From positions 91,658 to 155,657 of IMG/VR virus record IMGVR_UViG_3300022917_000008: a stretch of DNA of 64,000 bases, one strand, 5' to 3'. Source of the DNA: a virus. Lineage: Duplodnaviria > Caudoviricetes. The notes under the pieces are model-generated. The model worked only from the letters and a program-made list of their open reading frames with translations. It was not told the origin of the DNA and did no database searches. The position numbers were made by a program, and so were the translations under genes. Shown here piece after piece: positions 10,221 to 19,483 of this stretch; within the stretch, counting starts at the first letter, position 1; the number at the start of each line of letters is the position of its first letter.

Positions 10221-11331
10221 CATAGCAGGTAACTTCCAGCCACTTAGTCCTAATTTTGCTAAGTTTCAAGTCCTTAGTGCTGCTCCACAAGCAGTGTCTG
10301 AGGGTAGGTCTTACTATGACCTAACACAAGGCATTGGTGTATACGCTAATGGACAATGGAACTACGCTTCTGGTGGAGGAGGTGGAGCAGTAAGTTCAGT
10401 GTTTACCAGAACTGGGGATGTTGTGGCGCAATCAGGAGACTATACATTTGCTCAGATAGGATCAACCCCTACGACTCTTAGTGGATATGGTATTACTGAT
10501 CCTGTTGCACTAACTAGTGGATCATACTCAAATCCTACTTGGATAACTGGGTTGGCCTGGTCTAAGATCACTGGAACTCCTACCACAATCTCAGGATATG
10601 GTATAACAGATGGAGTTACTGCATCCAGCGTTACTACATTTACTAATAAGACATTCAACACTGCAGGTGTTGGTAACTCCTTTAGTATTAATGGTACAGC
10701 TATAACAGCAGTAACAGGTACTGGCTCTGTAGTATTAGCTACATCTCCTACCCTAGTTACTCCCACATTAGGAGTAGCAACAGCTACTTCAGTTAACAAA
10801 GTAACTATAACAGCACCTACAACAAGTGCTACTTTAACCCTAGTTACAGGTTCAAGCCTTATAACAGCTGGGGCTTTTGCCATTACTCTAACCAGTACAG
10901 CTACTACAAATGTTACCTTACCAACATCTGGTACACTATATGGTACAGCTTCAGCCTCAATAACATCAGCTCAGCTGCTTGCATCTATGTCTGATGAAAC
11001 AGGCACAGGATCACTAGTATTTGCTACCTCCCCTACTCTTGTATCTCCAAAGCTTAAAACCAGTGTAGTTAGTGGAACTACACAGACCCTGGATGCTACA
11101 GCAACTACATGGGTATTTACAGGAGCAGTAGCAACCACATGGACACTTCCTGCAGTAACTGGTAATACTGACACTACCTACTTTATTAAGAATAGAGGGT
11201 CAGCTACAATAACTTTAACAAGAGCAGGATCAGATAATATATATACAACAACAACTGTAACCACGCTCACTATAAATCCAGGAGAAGGTTATACTGTCAT
11301 TAACGATGGTACCTACTGGATAATATTATAA
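10204..11331 (+). CDS. Tail/head fibre-like protein
   Basis: T/G/S-rich fibre repeats (VSSVFTRTGDVVAQSGDY; two copies of TPTT[LI]SGYGITD; TGTGS[VL]V[LF]ATSPTLV[TS]P) and a C-terminal WTLP...GSD...DGTYWII domain. Confidence 0.75.
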   Translation: MAGPYDIAGNFQPLSPNFAKFQVLSAAPQAVSEGRSYYDLTQGIGVYANGQWNYASGGGGGAVSSVFTRTGDVVAQSGDYTFAQIGSTPTTLSGYGITDPVALTSGSYSNPTWITGLAWSKITGTPTTISGYGITDGVTASSVTTFTNKTFNTAGVGNSFSINGTAITAVTGTGSVVLATSPTLVTPTLGVATATSVNKVTITAPTTSATLTLVTGSSLITAGAFAITLTSTATTNVTLPTSGTLYGTASASITSAQLLASMSDETGTGSLVFATSPTLVSPKLKTSVVSGTTQTLDATATTWVFTGAVATTWTLPAVTGNTDTTYFIKNRGSATITLTRAGSDNIYTTTTVTTLTINPGEGYTVINDGTYWIIL

Positions 11332-11335
11332 TACA

Positions 11336-11833
11336 ATGGCATATTTACCAAAGATACTAGCATCAGGTTCAGCAAGTGCAGCAGCCACTCTAGATATAAA
11401 CATGAGTGCTTACTATAATCTGTACGATGTTATACAAGTAACTCTCTACAATATACTACCTTCTACTAACGCAGTAGACTTGTATGTAAGGGTTAGTGTA
11501 GATGGTACAACCTATGATAGTGGTGCAAATAACTATCAATGGAGCTTCAACTATGGTTCTGGTGGTAATGGCAACACATTAGACACAGGTATCAAGCTAG
11601 GAGGTTCATATGGAACAGGATCATCCAGCCATGGAACAGTAACTATCTGGACACCTGGAAGTGCAACATACAATCCCAAGATTACTTGTCATTTAGTTGA
11701 AACAGATGGTTCTGGTAACAATGTACCAATAAATGGTGCAGGGGCTAGACTAACTGCACAACTAACTAAGGGCCTTAGGTTCTATTTTGGCTCAGGAAAT
11801 ATAACTGCAAACTACAAAGTAACAGGATACTAA
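11336..11833 (+). CDS. Small beta-rich fibre-tip / receptor-binding-like protein
   Basis: 165 aa, directly after the fibre gene, ending GLRFYFGSGNITANYKVTGY as in fibre-tip domains. Confidence 0.5.
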   Translation: MAYLPKILASGSASAAATLDINMSAYYNLYDVIQVTLYNILPSTNAVDLYVRVSVDGTTYDSGANNYQWSFNYGSGGNGNTLDTGIKLGGSYGTGSSSHGTVTIWTPGSATYNPKITCHLVETDGSGNNVPINGAGARLTAQLTKGLRFYFGSGNITANYKVTGY

Positions 11834-11835
11834 TA

Positions 11836-13560
11836 ATGACTCCCAAAAATTCAAACATATCAACTCCCTGCACAAGCGCAGTTAGTTCTACATGTGTTAC
11901 ATGGACTGGCCAATCTATACCTGCACTAGGTGTAGTATCAGGGCAATCTATGACTGATACTATGTACAAGGTTGCCTGTCAGGTTGTTGAGATAACTGAG
12001 GGATTAGACCTGTCAGATATGGACCTGAGCTGTCTTATTGAAAAGACCCCTCTTCTACCTGAAAATAAGACAGTTAGGCTAATCCTTCAGTTGCTTCTTG
12101 ATAACCAGTGCTCACTCAAGGCTCTTATAGACCAGGCAGGCAATACAACAGATGATTTGCCTCCTATTGTAGTGAACATGAAGTGTCTAAGAAGGTTTGA
12201 TGACTTTGGCAATGAACTACCACAGGACCTGAACCAAGCTCTACAATCACTTGTAAACCAGGTCTGTGCTAGTGCTACTGACATTGCATCCCTAAAGAAT
12301 ACTACAGCCAACCTGCAGGATCAGATTGACAATCTGCCAATCCCCCCTGCCTATGTTGAGCCTAATATAGTTACCTGTGTAACCCCCACTCCAAAACCTG
12401 CGAGTGTACAAGTGCCGTTGCTAGCTCAGGATTACTGTAATTACAAGGACGTAGTGGGACAGGTAACAGATGTACAACAAGCAGTTGCAAGGCAGCCACA
12501 GGGCTTAAATAAGCTCCTGGGGACTGTTGATGGATGGATATTGAACCCACAGAATCTTTCTCAATCTGAGAACAATCTGTGGCTCCTAGCTAAGAACTTA
12601 CTGGATAGGATTGACAACATTGAATCAAACTGTTGCAAATCTACCTGTAAGGACATCACTCTATCCATACTTGCAGAACCCAACTCAGATGGGGACGCTG
12701 TTTACATCACATTCTCAACCTACTTGGGTACTAACATACCCAATGGATTTCTTGATAGTGGTGATTCTGTGCTTACCATTACAGACAAGAATAACAAGTT
12801 TGCACAGTATCCAATTACTGTTAGTGAGGACACTAAGGAAGGACCATTCTCATTTGCAGGACTTGACTTATCAGGACCACTTACAGCCTCAGTTAGTGCC
12901 TCTCTAACAAGTGGTACCCTCAATTGTGAGAAGTGTGTAGGTAAGCAATTCATACCAAATAGTGCTTGTCCTGTATGTCTTGTTACAGGCGCTGGTACAA
13001 GTGGCTTAACAACCATTGTATACCAAGCCCCTGGGCAGAAACTAATACAAACACTGGTTGTTGCTCCTGGATCAACTGGTTACATACAGAAGGGTGCCAG
13101 CATTGTTGGTATTGACTCAACTGGTGACTCTAGTGTAACTTCAGACTGTATTAACCTTGGAGCACCTGCCTATGTATGTGCTAATGTGAAGTATGCAGTA
13201 TCTGGTAATGCAGGTTCAGCTACAACTTGGGAGAACTACAACAATGATACAGCTGCAATAGCAATTGGTATAGGTGGAACAGAGTACCCAATCAACACTA
13301 CATATAAGGGTGACCCTGTTGCAATCAGCAATGCAATTGCAGCTGCTACGCCTCCAGGACTAATAAAGATTGTAAATACAGCATCTACCAACCCTGTTGG
13401 TGTGAGGTACATAGGAAACATCTTCCTGAAGGTGCCTTCTACACTTGTGTCTACTCTGTATATCAAGTGGCAGGTACTTGACTACAATCCTGTTGAAGTG
13501 TTTGCAACAACCTGCCCAACTTGTTGTGGAGATAGTGGTAGTGGAGGACATGGACTTTAA
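11836..13560 (+). CDS. Cys-rich structural (fibre-like) protein
   Basis: PCTSAVSSTCVTWTG N-terminus, coiled-coil segments, and CC/CxxC clusters (NCCKSTC, CEKC, CPVC, CPTCC). Confidence 0.6.
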   Translation: MTPKNSNISTPCTSAVSSTCVTWTGQSIPALGVVSGQSMTDTMYKVACQVVEITEGLDLSDMDLSCLIEKTPLLPENKTVRLILQLLLDNQCSLKALIDQAGNTTDDLPPIVVNMKCLRRFDDFGNELPQDLNQALQSLVNQVCASATDIASLKNTTANLQDQIDNLPIPPAYVEPNIVTCVTPTPKPASVQVPLLAQDYCNYKDVVGQVTDVQQAVARQPQGLNKLLGTVDGWILNPQNLSQSENNLWLLAKNLLDRIDNIESNCCKSTCKDITLSILAEPNSDGDAVYITFSTYLGTNIPNGFLDSGDSVLTITDKNNKFAQYPITVSEDTKEGPFSFAGLDLSGPLTASVSASLTSGTLNCEKCVGKQFIPNSACPVCLVTGAGTSGLTTIVYQAPGQKLIQTLVVAPGSTGYIQKGASIVGIDSTGDSSVTSDCINLGAPAYVCANVKYAVSGNAGSATTWENYNNDTAAIAIGIGGTEYPINTTYKGDPVAISNAIAAATPPGLIKIVNTASTNPVGVRYIGNIFLKVPSTLVSTLYIKWQVLDYNPVEVFATTCPTCCGDSGSGGHGL

Positions 13561-13580
13561 TAATATAACAAACTAATCTA

Positions 13581-14924
13581 ATGTGCACTAACTGCAATCA
13601 GCCTTCTACAATGCCTTGTTCAGACCCTTGCAAAACCTGTGGGGGCTGTGTATGTACCTGTTCATCATTGTATGATAGTGTAGGCTGTATCAACATAACT
13701 TCTTCAGACTGTGTCAACTATACAGGACTGGATATATCTTGTGTTGGGATCAAGAGGAATGACAATTTCTCCAAGATCATCAACACTCTATCCACCTATA
13801 GCTCAGCTACACTAGGGAGAATCTCCTCATCATCTATGTCCCTGGTTTCAGTGGGATGTGATCAGTTGAAGTTGGAATTAATTCCTTCCAGCAACCCTGA
13901 TAATATACTGACCTATGGAACAGATGGGAGACCCTATGTTCCCAGAACTGACTTACAGCTAGTGGCTACAACTTGCCTTAGCTGGCAGAAGACAGTAAAT
14001 GGCTCTACAGTCATTTATGTGCCTATTATAGACTGGAACTGTGTATCCCAGCAGACTTGTCCTCTTTGTGACAACCCTGCTCCTTGTGACGCTCCTACAG
14101 GCCTTATAATCAATTCTGTTGGTCAAACAACAGTACAGCTTGGGTGGAATAGCACAAGTGGAACAACTTATGATGTTCTTGTCAATGGCGTAGTACAAGC
14201 TACTGCTGTTAACAGTCCATATACATTCAACTCACTGGTACCAAATACAACTTATTCTCTGACTGTCAGAGCTAAGTGTGCATCTGGTCTTACTGCTGAT
14301 ACTTCAGCCTCAGTTACAACAATGCCTATAACTAGCTGTACTCTACCAAGTGGTGTTACAGTTCTGATATCTGGTGGTACTGCTGCTCTTGGATGGACTC
14401 CAGGTGGATCAGATGGTACTCAGACAATAGAATACAAGTTGTCTACTGCTCCCACATACACTCAGTATGCAACACTGAATGCAGCAGCTTCTTCAGTTAA
14501 CATTCCTGGTCTGTCGCCAAATGTAGTGTACATATTCAGAATAACAAACAATTGTGGAAGTGGTTCTGCTAGTGCAGTGACTAAGACAGGAATTGAAATA
14601 ACTTGTACAACCATAACTTCAGTGACAACTGACACATCAATAGTAGCATCATTTGCTCCTCTGGGTGGAGACATAGACAGATATGTAGTGAACTTGTATG
14701 ATGCTGGTGGAGTGAACCTGTTACAAACACAGACATTCACTGGACCATTTGATACACAGATCAATGCTACATTCACTGGCTTGACACCATCCACAAGCTA
14801 TCTGGTAGAAGTACAACCTGCAGCTGGTTCTACAATCAGAACTAACTGTACCAAGATCACAGCTACAACAACAGCTGTACCTGGATGTCCTCTGCCTACA
14901 AACCTAACAGTAACAATATCATAA
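13581..14924 (+). CDS. Cys-rich protein with three fibronectin type III domains
   Basis: N-terminal Cys cluster; FN3 signatures LVPNTTYSLTVRAKC, LSPNVVYIFRITNNC and LTPSTSYLVEVQP. Confidence 0.75.
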   Translation: MCTNCNQPSTMPCSDPCKTCGGCVCTCSSLYDSVGCINITSSDCVNYTGLDISCVGIKRNDNFSKIINTLSTYSSATLGRISSSSMSLVSVGCDQLKLELIPSSNPDNILTYGTDGRPYVPRTDLQLVATTCLSWQKTVNGSTVIYVPIIDWNCVSQQTCPLCDNPAPCDAPTGLIINSVGQTTVQLGWNSTSGTTYDVLVNGVVQATAVNSPYTFNSLVPNTTYSLTVRAKCASGLTADTSASVTTMPITSCTLPSGVTVLISGGTAALGWTPGGSDGTQTIEYKLSTAPTYTQYATLNAAASSVNIPGLSPNVVYIFRITNNCGSGSASAVTKTGIEITCTTITSVTTDTSIVASFAPLGGDIDRYVVNLYDAGGVNLLQTQTFTGPFDTQINATFTGLTPSTSYLVEVQPAAGSTIRTNCTKITATTTAVPGCPLPTNLTVTIS

Positions 14925-14925
14925 T

Positions 14926-16152
14926 ATGTCTGCAACAGCAACAATAAGTTGGCAAAATCAGGCTTCAGGAACTACACAAGAGCTATACTATGGAAAGGAC
15001 CTACTAGCCACTGGCTTACCAGGTTCAGGTTCTGGTTGGTTACCATCTGACCAGAACCCCCTTCCATCAGCAGCTGGTAGTGCAACTATCTCCAATCTGG
15101 ATGATAATGTAAAGTACAAGTTCCTAGTCAAGTCTGATTGCACCAACTCTCAAAACATCTACTCCTCTTCCACAGCAGTTAAGTGGATATGTGGGGCTCT
15201 GCAAACAAGTGGTCCTCAATCAGGTACCCTTGTATACACACTGCAGGTTGACCCTAGTGTCTCTAATGCTGGGTCAGGGATCACATCCATTGAAGTACAA
15301 CTAATAGGTGTGGATAGAGTTAACTTTGGTAACCTCTACCAAGTAAAGACCTACTCTGCTCCCTATTCAGGATCATATACAGACCAGTTCAATGGTGTAA
15401 ATGGTGACGTAGATTGGACTATCAGAGTCATATACAAGACTGGAGCCTATCCATCTACAGAGATACATGAGTGTTCTTCACAAGCATACTCTACTACTTC
15501 TATACCTGGAGTATCATATCTCCAAGTGAGAAATGCCTTAGTTGATGGCGTACTAACTCAGCTATCACTGAACAATGCTCCTCAGTTAGCGCAGACATTG
15601 ACTCCTGGATATGCTTCTAAGACTGATGTAACTGCTCTGCTATCAGGAGGTACACCACTACAACCCACAGTGAATCTAACTGGGGTAGTATCTGGTACCC
15701 AACTATATGCAAGACAGATCAGGAACAATGCTCAACTGACTGGTGGACTATTCACATATGCAGGCTCAAACAGTCCTATATCCTCAGTCCCCTGGAACAT
15801 ACAGAATGGAGACATCATTGAAATTACTCCTGCATTCACTAATGCTTATGTGTTCAAACAAACAATAGTTGCAAAGAACACAGATGGCTATGATCTCAAT
15901 GTAAAGATTGATGTGCCTCTAGGTGCACCTTCTACTTACAATATATCCTTCACTGGATATGATTATTCCAGTGGAGAGAGTGAACATCTCACAGGAACAG
16001 TTACTATAGCACAAGGAGATACTGAAGGCACTCTAGTCCATATACAGAGCACCTTACCTACTCCAGAGTACACTAGGGCCACTGTCACTTCTGTCTGTTT
16101 TACCACAGACGCTGGGATAGCATACCCACACATATACGACTGTCTATCATAA
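14926..16152 (+). CDS. FN3/Ig-like structural protein
   Basis: N-terminal ATISW...LDDNVKYKFLVKSDC FN3-like unit and a beta-rich remainder. Confidence 0.55.
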   Translation: MSATATISWQNQASGTTQELYYGKDLLATGLPGSGSGWLPSDQNPLPSAAGSATISNLDDNVKYKFLVKSDCTNSQNIYSSSTAVKWICGALQTSGPQSGTLVYTLQVDPSVSNAGSGITSIEVQLIGVDRVNFGNLYQVKTYSAPYSGSYTDQFNGVNGDVDWTIRVIYKTGAYPSTEIHECSSQAYSTTSIPGVSYLQVRNALVDGVLTQLSLNNAPQLAQTLTPGYASKTDVTALLSGGTPLQPTVNLTGVVSGTQLYARQIRNNAQLTGGLFTYAGSNSPISSVPWNIQNGDIIEITPAFTNAYVFKQTIVAKNTDGYDLNVKIDVPLGAPSTYNISFTGYDYSSGESEHLTGTVTIAQGDTEGTLVHIQSTLPTPEYTRATVTSVCFTTDAGIAYPHIYDCLS

Positions 16153-16190
16153 CATTATACACCTGGGTTTGTTGGTTTTCCCAGAATTGT

Positions 16191-16222
16191 AGCCCTGCTT
16201 ATTCCTAAGTGGGGCTTTTTTT
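16191..16222 (+). terminator. Rho-independent terminator
   Basis: AGCCCTGCTTA-ttcc-TAAGTGGGGCT followed by a T-run. Confidence 0.8.
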
Positions 16223-16232
16223 CCTCTTAATA

Positions 16233-16264
16233 TTTGGAAGTTAGCTATATTTTGTGTAAGTTTG
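16233..16264 (+). promoter_or_regulatory. Bacteroidota sigmaA-type promoter (TTTG-N20-TAAGTTTG)
   Basis: Exact -33/-7 consensus immediately after a terminator and 18 nt before ATG 16283. Confidence 0.75.
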
Positions 16265-16282
16265 GCTTATCAACAATCAATT

Positions 16283-17638
16283 ATGAGTAACAAAGAAAAT
16301 TTAATAGCCTATCTAATCAGGAATGGTAAGGACCTATCTTGGCACGAACTGGCTAAAGCATTTGGGTATGACAGAGCAGACTCTGCTAGGAATGCTTGGC
16401 TAAGATATAGGCAAGACAATCCAGGCACACCTACTTACCTAACCAAACCAGCTCAACCTGTTAACAACATAGTAGGGAGCATGATACCTGGTGTTGCTGA
16501 AAGACTAAGAAGTAGAGAGCAATACATGATGGACCTTGAGGATAAGATCACTAAGTTTGAGGAAGACCTAACTAAGGGCACTGCACAAGTAGAAGCCTTA
16601 GTTGGACAGGAGATCAAGACACTGGAAGAACTAGTAGAGAAGTGTAAGATTGATCTCACCAAATGGCAAATTACTAAATGGGTACAGAACTTCTGGAATA
16701 ACAAGTACCAAGTAAAGGCCTTCCTTGCTCCCAAGGAAGAGAAGAATAAGTTCCAGGAGAACTTCATGAAGTACTTGGAGACATGGGACAAATCTGCTCC
16801 CATAACTCTCACATCTTCAGGTATGTGTAATACTCCTGTAGAATGTTGGGTTGAGGGTGTGGCTAGTGATGTAGAGGCATTGAAGCCTAATGGGTGCCTC
16901 ATCATCAACAAACAGGACTTACACTTCGACAAATATGATATAAAGGGTAATAATGATATACGTGCAAGGTTTGCGCAGTACAAAGGTGCTGTTGAGAGAA
17001 TAGTGAAAAAGGCTAACCTTAGTTACCACATAGCCAAACTAGTATATGTGATAGGTTCTGACGAGTTCAATAGTGAGTGGACAGGAATGACAACTAAGGG
17101 AACCCCACAGAAGAATATGGTTGACTACCACCAAGGATTTGATAGTATATGCAGACACGAAGTAGAGATAATAACTGAGCTGGCAAAGGCTTGTCCTTCA
17201 TTAGAAGTGATATACATGCCTGGGAATCATGACGAGTATGTAGGTTGGCACCTAATAACATGGCTACAGGCTTACTTCAAGGGGCACAAGATACTATTTG
17301 ATGCCAGAACAGACTACAGAAAGTATGGAGCATTTGGCAATTCCTTAATGATGTTCAATCATGGAGACATCATCAAACCTGAGAAGCTTGCTGCTATATT
17401 CCCACAGGAGGCTAAGGAATCATGGTCAAATAGTAACTATCAGTACATCTTCACTGGTGATAAGCATCATGAGAAGACATTGGATATGGATGGTATCATG
17501 TTCTACCAGTTGACTCAAGGATCAAATGCCACATCCAAATGGGACTCCAAACAGGGATATCTTGCCAGGGGATTCCTCACAGCTTTTGTAATATCTGAGA
17601 ACTGGGGTATGGCTGATATATACAAAGAGAAGCTCTAA
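16283..17638 (+). CDS. Calcineurin-like metallophosphoesterase with N-terminal HTH-like segment
   Basis: Metal-binding motifs DLH, GSDEFN, GNHD, HGD and GDKHH; N-terminal SWHELAKAFGY...ARNAW resembles an HTH. Start moved to ATG 16283 because the track's TTG lies inside the -7 box. Confidence 0.8.
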   Translation: MSNKENLIAYLIRNGKDLSWHELAKAFGYDRADSARNAWLRYRQDNPGTPTYLTKPAQPVNNIVGSMIPGVAERLRSREQYMMDLEDKITKFEEDLTKGTAQVEALVGQEIKTLEELVEKCKIDLTKWQITKWVQNFWNNKYQVKAFLAPKEEKNKFQENFMKYLETWDKSAPITLTSSGMCNTPVECWVEGVASDVEALKPNGCLIINKQDLHFDKYDIKGNNDIRARFAQYKGAVERIVKKANLSYHIAKLVYVIGSDEFNSEWTGMTTKGTPQKNMVDYHQGFDSICRHEVEIITELAKACPSLEVIYMPGNHDEYVGWHLITWLQAYFKGHKILFDARTDYRKYGAFGNSLMMFNHGDIIKPEKLAAIFPQEAKESWSNSNYQYIFTGDKHHEKTLDMDGIMFYQLTQGSNATSKWDSKQGYLARGFLTAFVISENWGMADIYKEKL

Positions 17639-17657
17639 GTTAGATTGTTGATATACA

Positions 17658-17685
17658 AGACCCTGCCACAAGGTGGGGCCTTTCT
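17658..17685 (+). terminator. Probable terminator (imperfect stem)
   Basis: AGACCCTGCC-acaa-GGTGGGGCCT followed by TTCT. Confidence 0.5.
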
Positions 17686-17687
17686 CA

Positions 17688-17731
17688 TTTGGAGAGTTAA
17701 TTGGTAAACTTAATAGATTTGATTAAATTGT
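17688..17731 (+). promoter_or_regulatory. Possible Bacteroidota promoter for the tail operon
   Basis: TTTG 17688-17691 with TAGATTTG 17714-17721 (22-nt spacer), or TTG 17701 with TAAATTGT 17724. Confidence 0.4.
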
Positions 17732-17737
17732 AGTAGC

Positions 17738-18295
17738 ATGGCAAGGATCATGGAAGGGCCACCTAGGTTTGCAGACCTCAAAGGTCCTAGATTCAACACA
17801 AGGAAGTTTCGCAAGAAGATAGTAACCAAGGAGTTGTTCAAAGAATGGAAGAAGACTAATCCAGGTATAACCTTTGACCAGTTCAAGCACATATGGAAGA
17901 TGATAGCACAGGAGATTCAGAATACTGTCATCACTGAGCCTGATGGTGTAATGCTTCCCAATGGAATAGGGAAGGTGTACACAGCCTATGTGAAGATGAA
18001 GGAGCCTGGAATTGATTGGAAGACTTCCAAAGAACATGATGTGCTGGTTACCTATGAGAACTACCATTCATATGGCAAGCCAGGCAAGATAGTCTACAAT
18101 CCCTGTTCCAAATACAAATTGAGTACCTGTACTATGTGGAACTTCAAAGCAATAACCCCATTCAAGGAAAAGGTATCTCAGGCATTTAGAGAGAGGCCTG
18201 AGATATACAAGAACACAGCACAAAAGCAATATCATGGACATCCCAGTAGTAGGACATCTGATCTCACAACTAATGAATCAAGTAAGGCTGACTAA
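17738..18295 (+). CDS. IHF/HU-like DNA-binding protein of the crAss tail module
   Basis: Basic protein with a DGVMLPNGIGKVY HU-like turn, located just before the tail ring genes as in crAss-like phages. Confidence 0.65.
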   Translation: MARIMEGPPRFADLKGPRFNTRKFRKKIVTKELFKEWKKTNPGITFDQFKHIWKMIAQEIQNTVITEPDGVMLPNGIGKVYTAYVKMKEPGIDWKTSKEHDVLVTYENYHSYGKPGKIVYNPCSKYKLSTCTMWNFKAITPFKEKVSQAFRERPEIYKNTAQKQYHGHPSSRTSDLTTNESSKAD

Positions 18296-18911
18296 TGCAG
18301 ATAGTCGTCTTACAAGGAAATTCATTTGGTCAATCATTGATAAGCATGCAAGATGGCTTATTAAGAGGGAAGCATCCAAGCTGAGGATCATGAAGTTGGA
18401 CTATTTGTTCCAGACACTTAAGTGTGTTGATGTAATAGAGGTACCAGCTGCAGATGAATGTTGTGGTATTAAGACTAAGTGCAAAGTGTGGAGAACAAGG
18501 GAGAAGATTCCAGACCTATACACAGATGAAGACGGTGTAATACTTAAGGCAGTATATAGCATAGATGGTTCTGAGGAGTTTAGTCCTATCAAGTTACAAG
18601 AGTTGATGAGGAAACTAGAGAACCCACATACCAAGTATGACAAAGCAAGGTACTACTACTATCATAATGGCTACCTCTACTTCCCTATAAAGGGCATCAA
18701 GATGGTACAGGTCAAGGGGTTCTTTGTAGATGAGGTCATAAATGAGTGCATGCCTGGTAGTGACAAGAGGAAGTGTGTAGCACATATGGATAAGAAGCTA
18801 AGGGTACCAGACTATGTACTGGGAGAATTGATGGACCATGCACTTAATGATCTGATCAACACTAAGAAGATACCTGTAGACCCCAAAGTAAATAAGGAGG
18901 AGAATAGATAA
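18234..18911 (+). CDS. Tail ring protein
   Basis: DSRLTRKFIWS, TLKCVDVIEV, VYSIDGSEE and YYYYHNGYLYFP motifs; syntenic position. Confidence 0.7.
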   Translation: MDIPVVGHLISQLMNQVRLTNADSRLTRKFIWSIIDKHARWLIKREASKLRIMKLDYLFQTLKCVDVIEVPAADECCGIKTKCKVWRTREKIPDLYTDEDGVILKAVYSIDGSEEFSPIKLQELMRKLENPHTKYDKARYYYYHNGYLYFPIKGIKMVQVKGFFVDEVINECMPGSDKRKCVAHMDKKLRVPDYVLGELMDHALNDLINTKKIPVDPKVNKEENR

Positions 18912-19483
18912 TGTCAGCAGTACTAAGGACAAGTGATGTTAGGTTTAATCTCAGTCAGAAGAGTAACCTTACCAGGAGCTGTATCTATAGGATAGTAGAT
19001 ATGGAGAATGGTAAGGTGTACATAGGTAAAGCTAAGAACCTTCTTAAGAGATATAATGATCATAAGCATGCCTTATACAAAGGAAGGCATCCAAATATTA
19101 TACTACAGAGAGTGTTCGACAAGGGTAGAGAACTAAGGATGGATGTAATAGAGTTTGTAGATGAGCCTCTTCTATTTGAGAAAGAGAAGTTCTACATAGA
19201 TTCTCTACAAGCCCTGGATAGGAACTTCGGATATAACATGGCTAGGGAGGTAAGGGGTGGGCACTCTCCATCTAAAGTAGATGTATATGACAGGGAGTAT
19301 AGGCTCGTAGAGACATTAGACTCAGTTCAGGAGGCTAAATCCAAGTATTCCACAAGTGTTAGTCAGATACTAAGGAAGACTCCTGGATACAGATTCACAA
19401 TGGAAGGATTTACTTTTGCTTACCATGGGGAAGAGGTTGACAAAACCCCATACAAACATAAATGGAGGAGGATACATGGCTAA
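18911..19483 (+). mobile_element. Free-standing GIY-YIG homing endonuclease gene
   Basis: CIYRI...KVYIG...R...E...GYN catalytic pattern with a C-terminal NUMOD1-like segment (VDVYD...DSVQEA); inserted between two intact ring genes. Confidence 0.88.

Noticed and set aside
18911-19483. Group I intron around the GIY-YIG gene
   Set aside because: Both flanking genes appear complete and there is no non-coding space for a ribozyme core.
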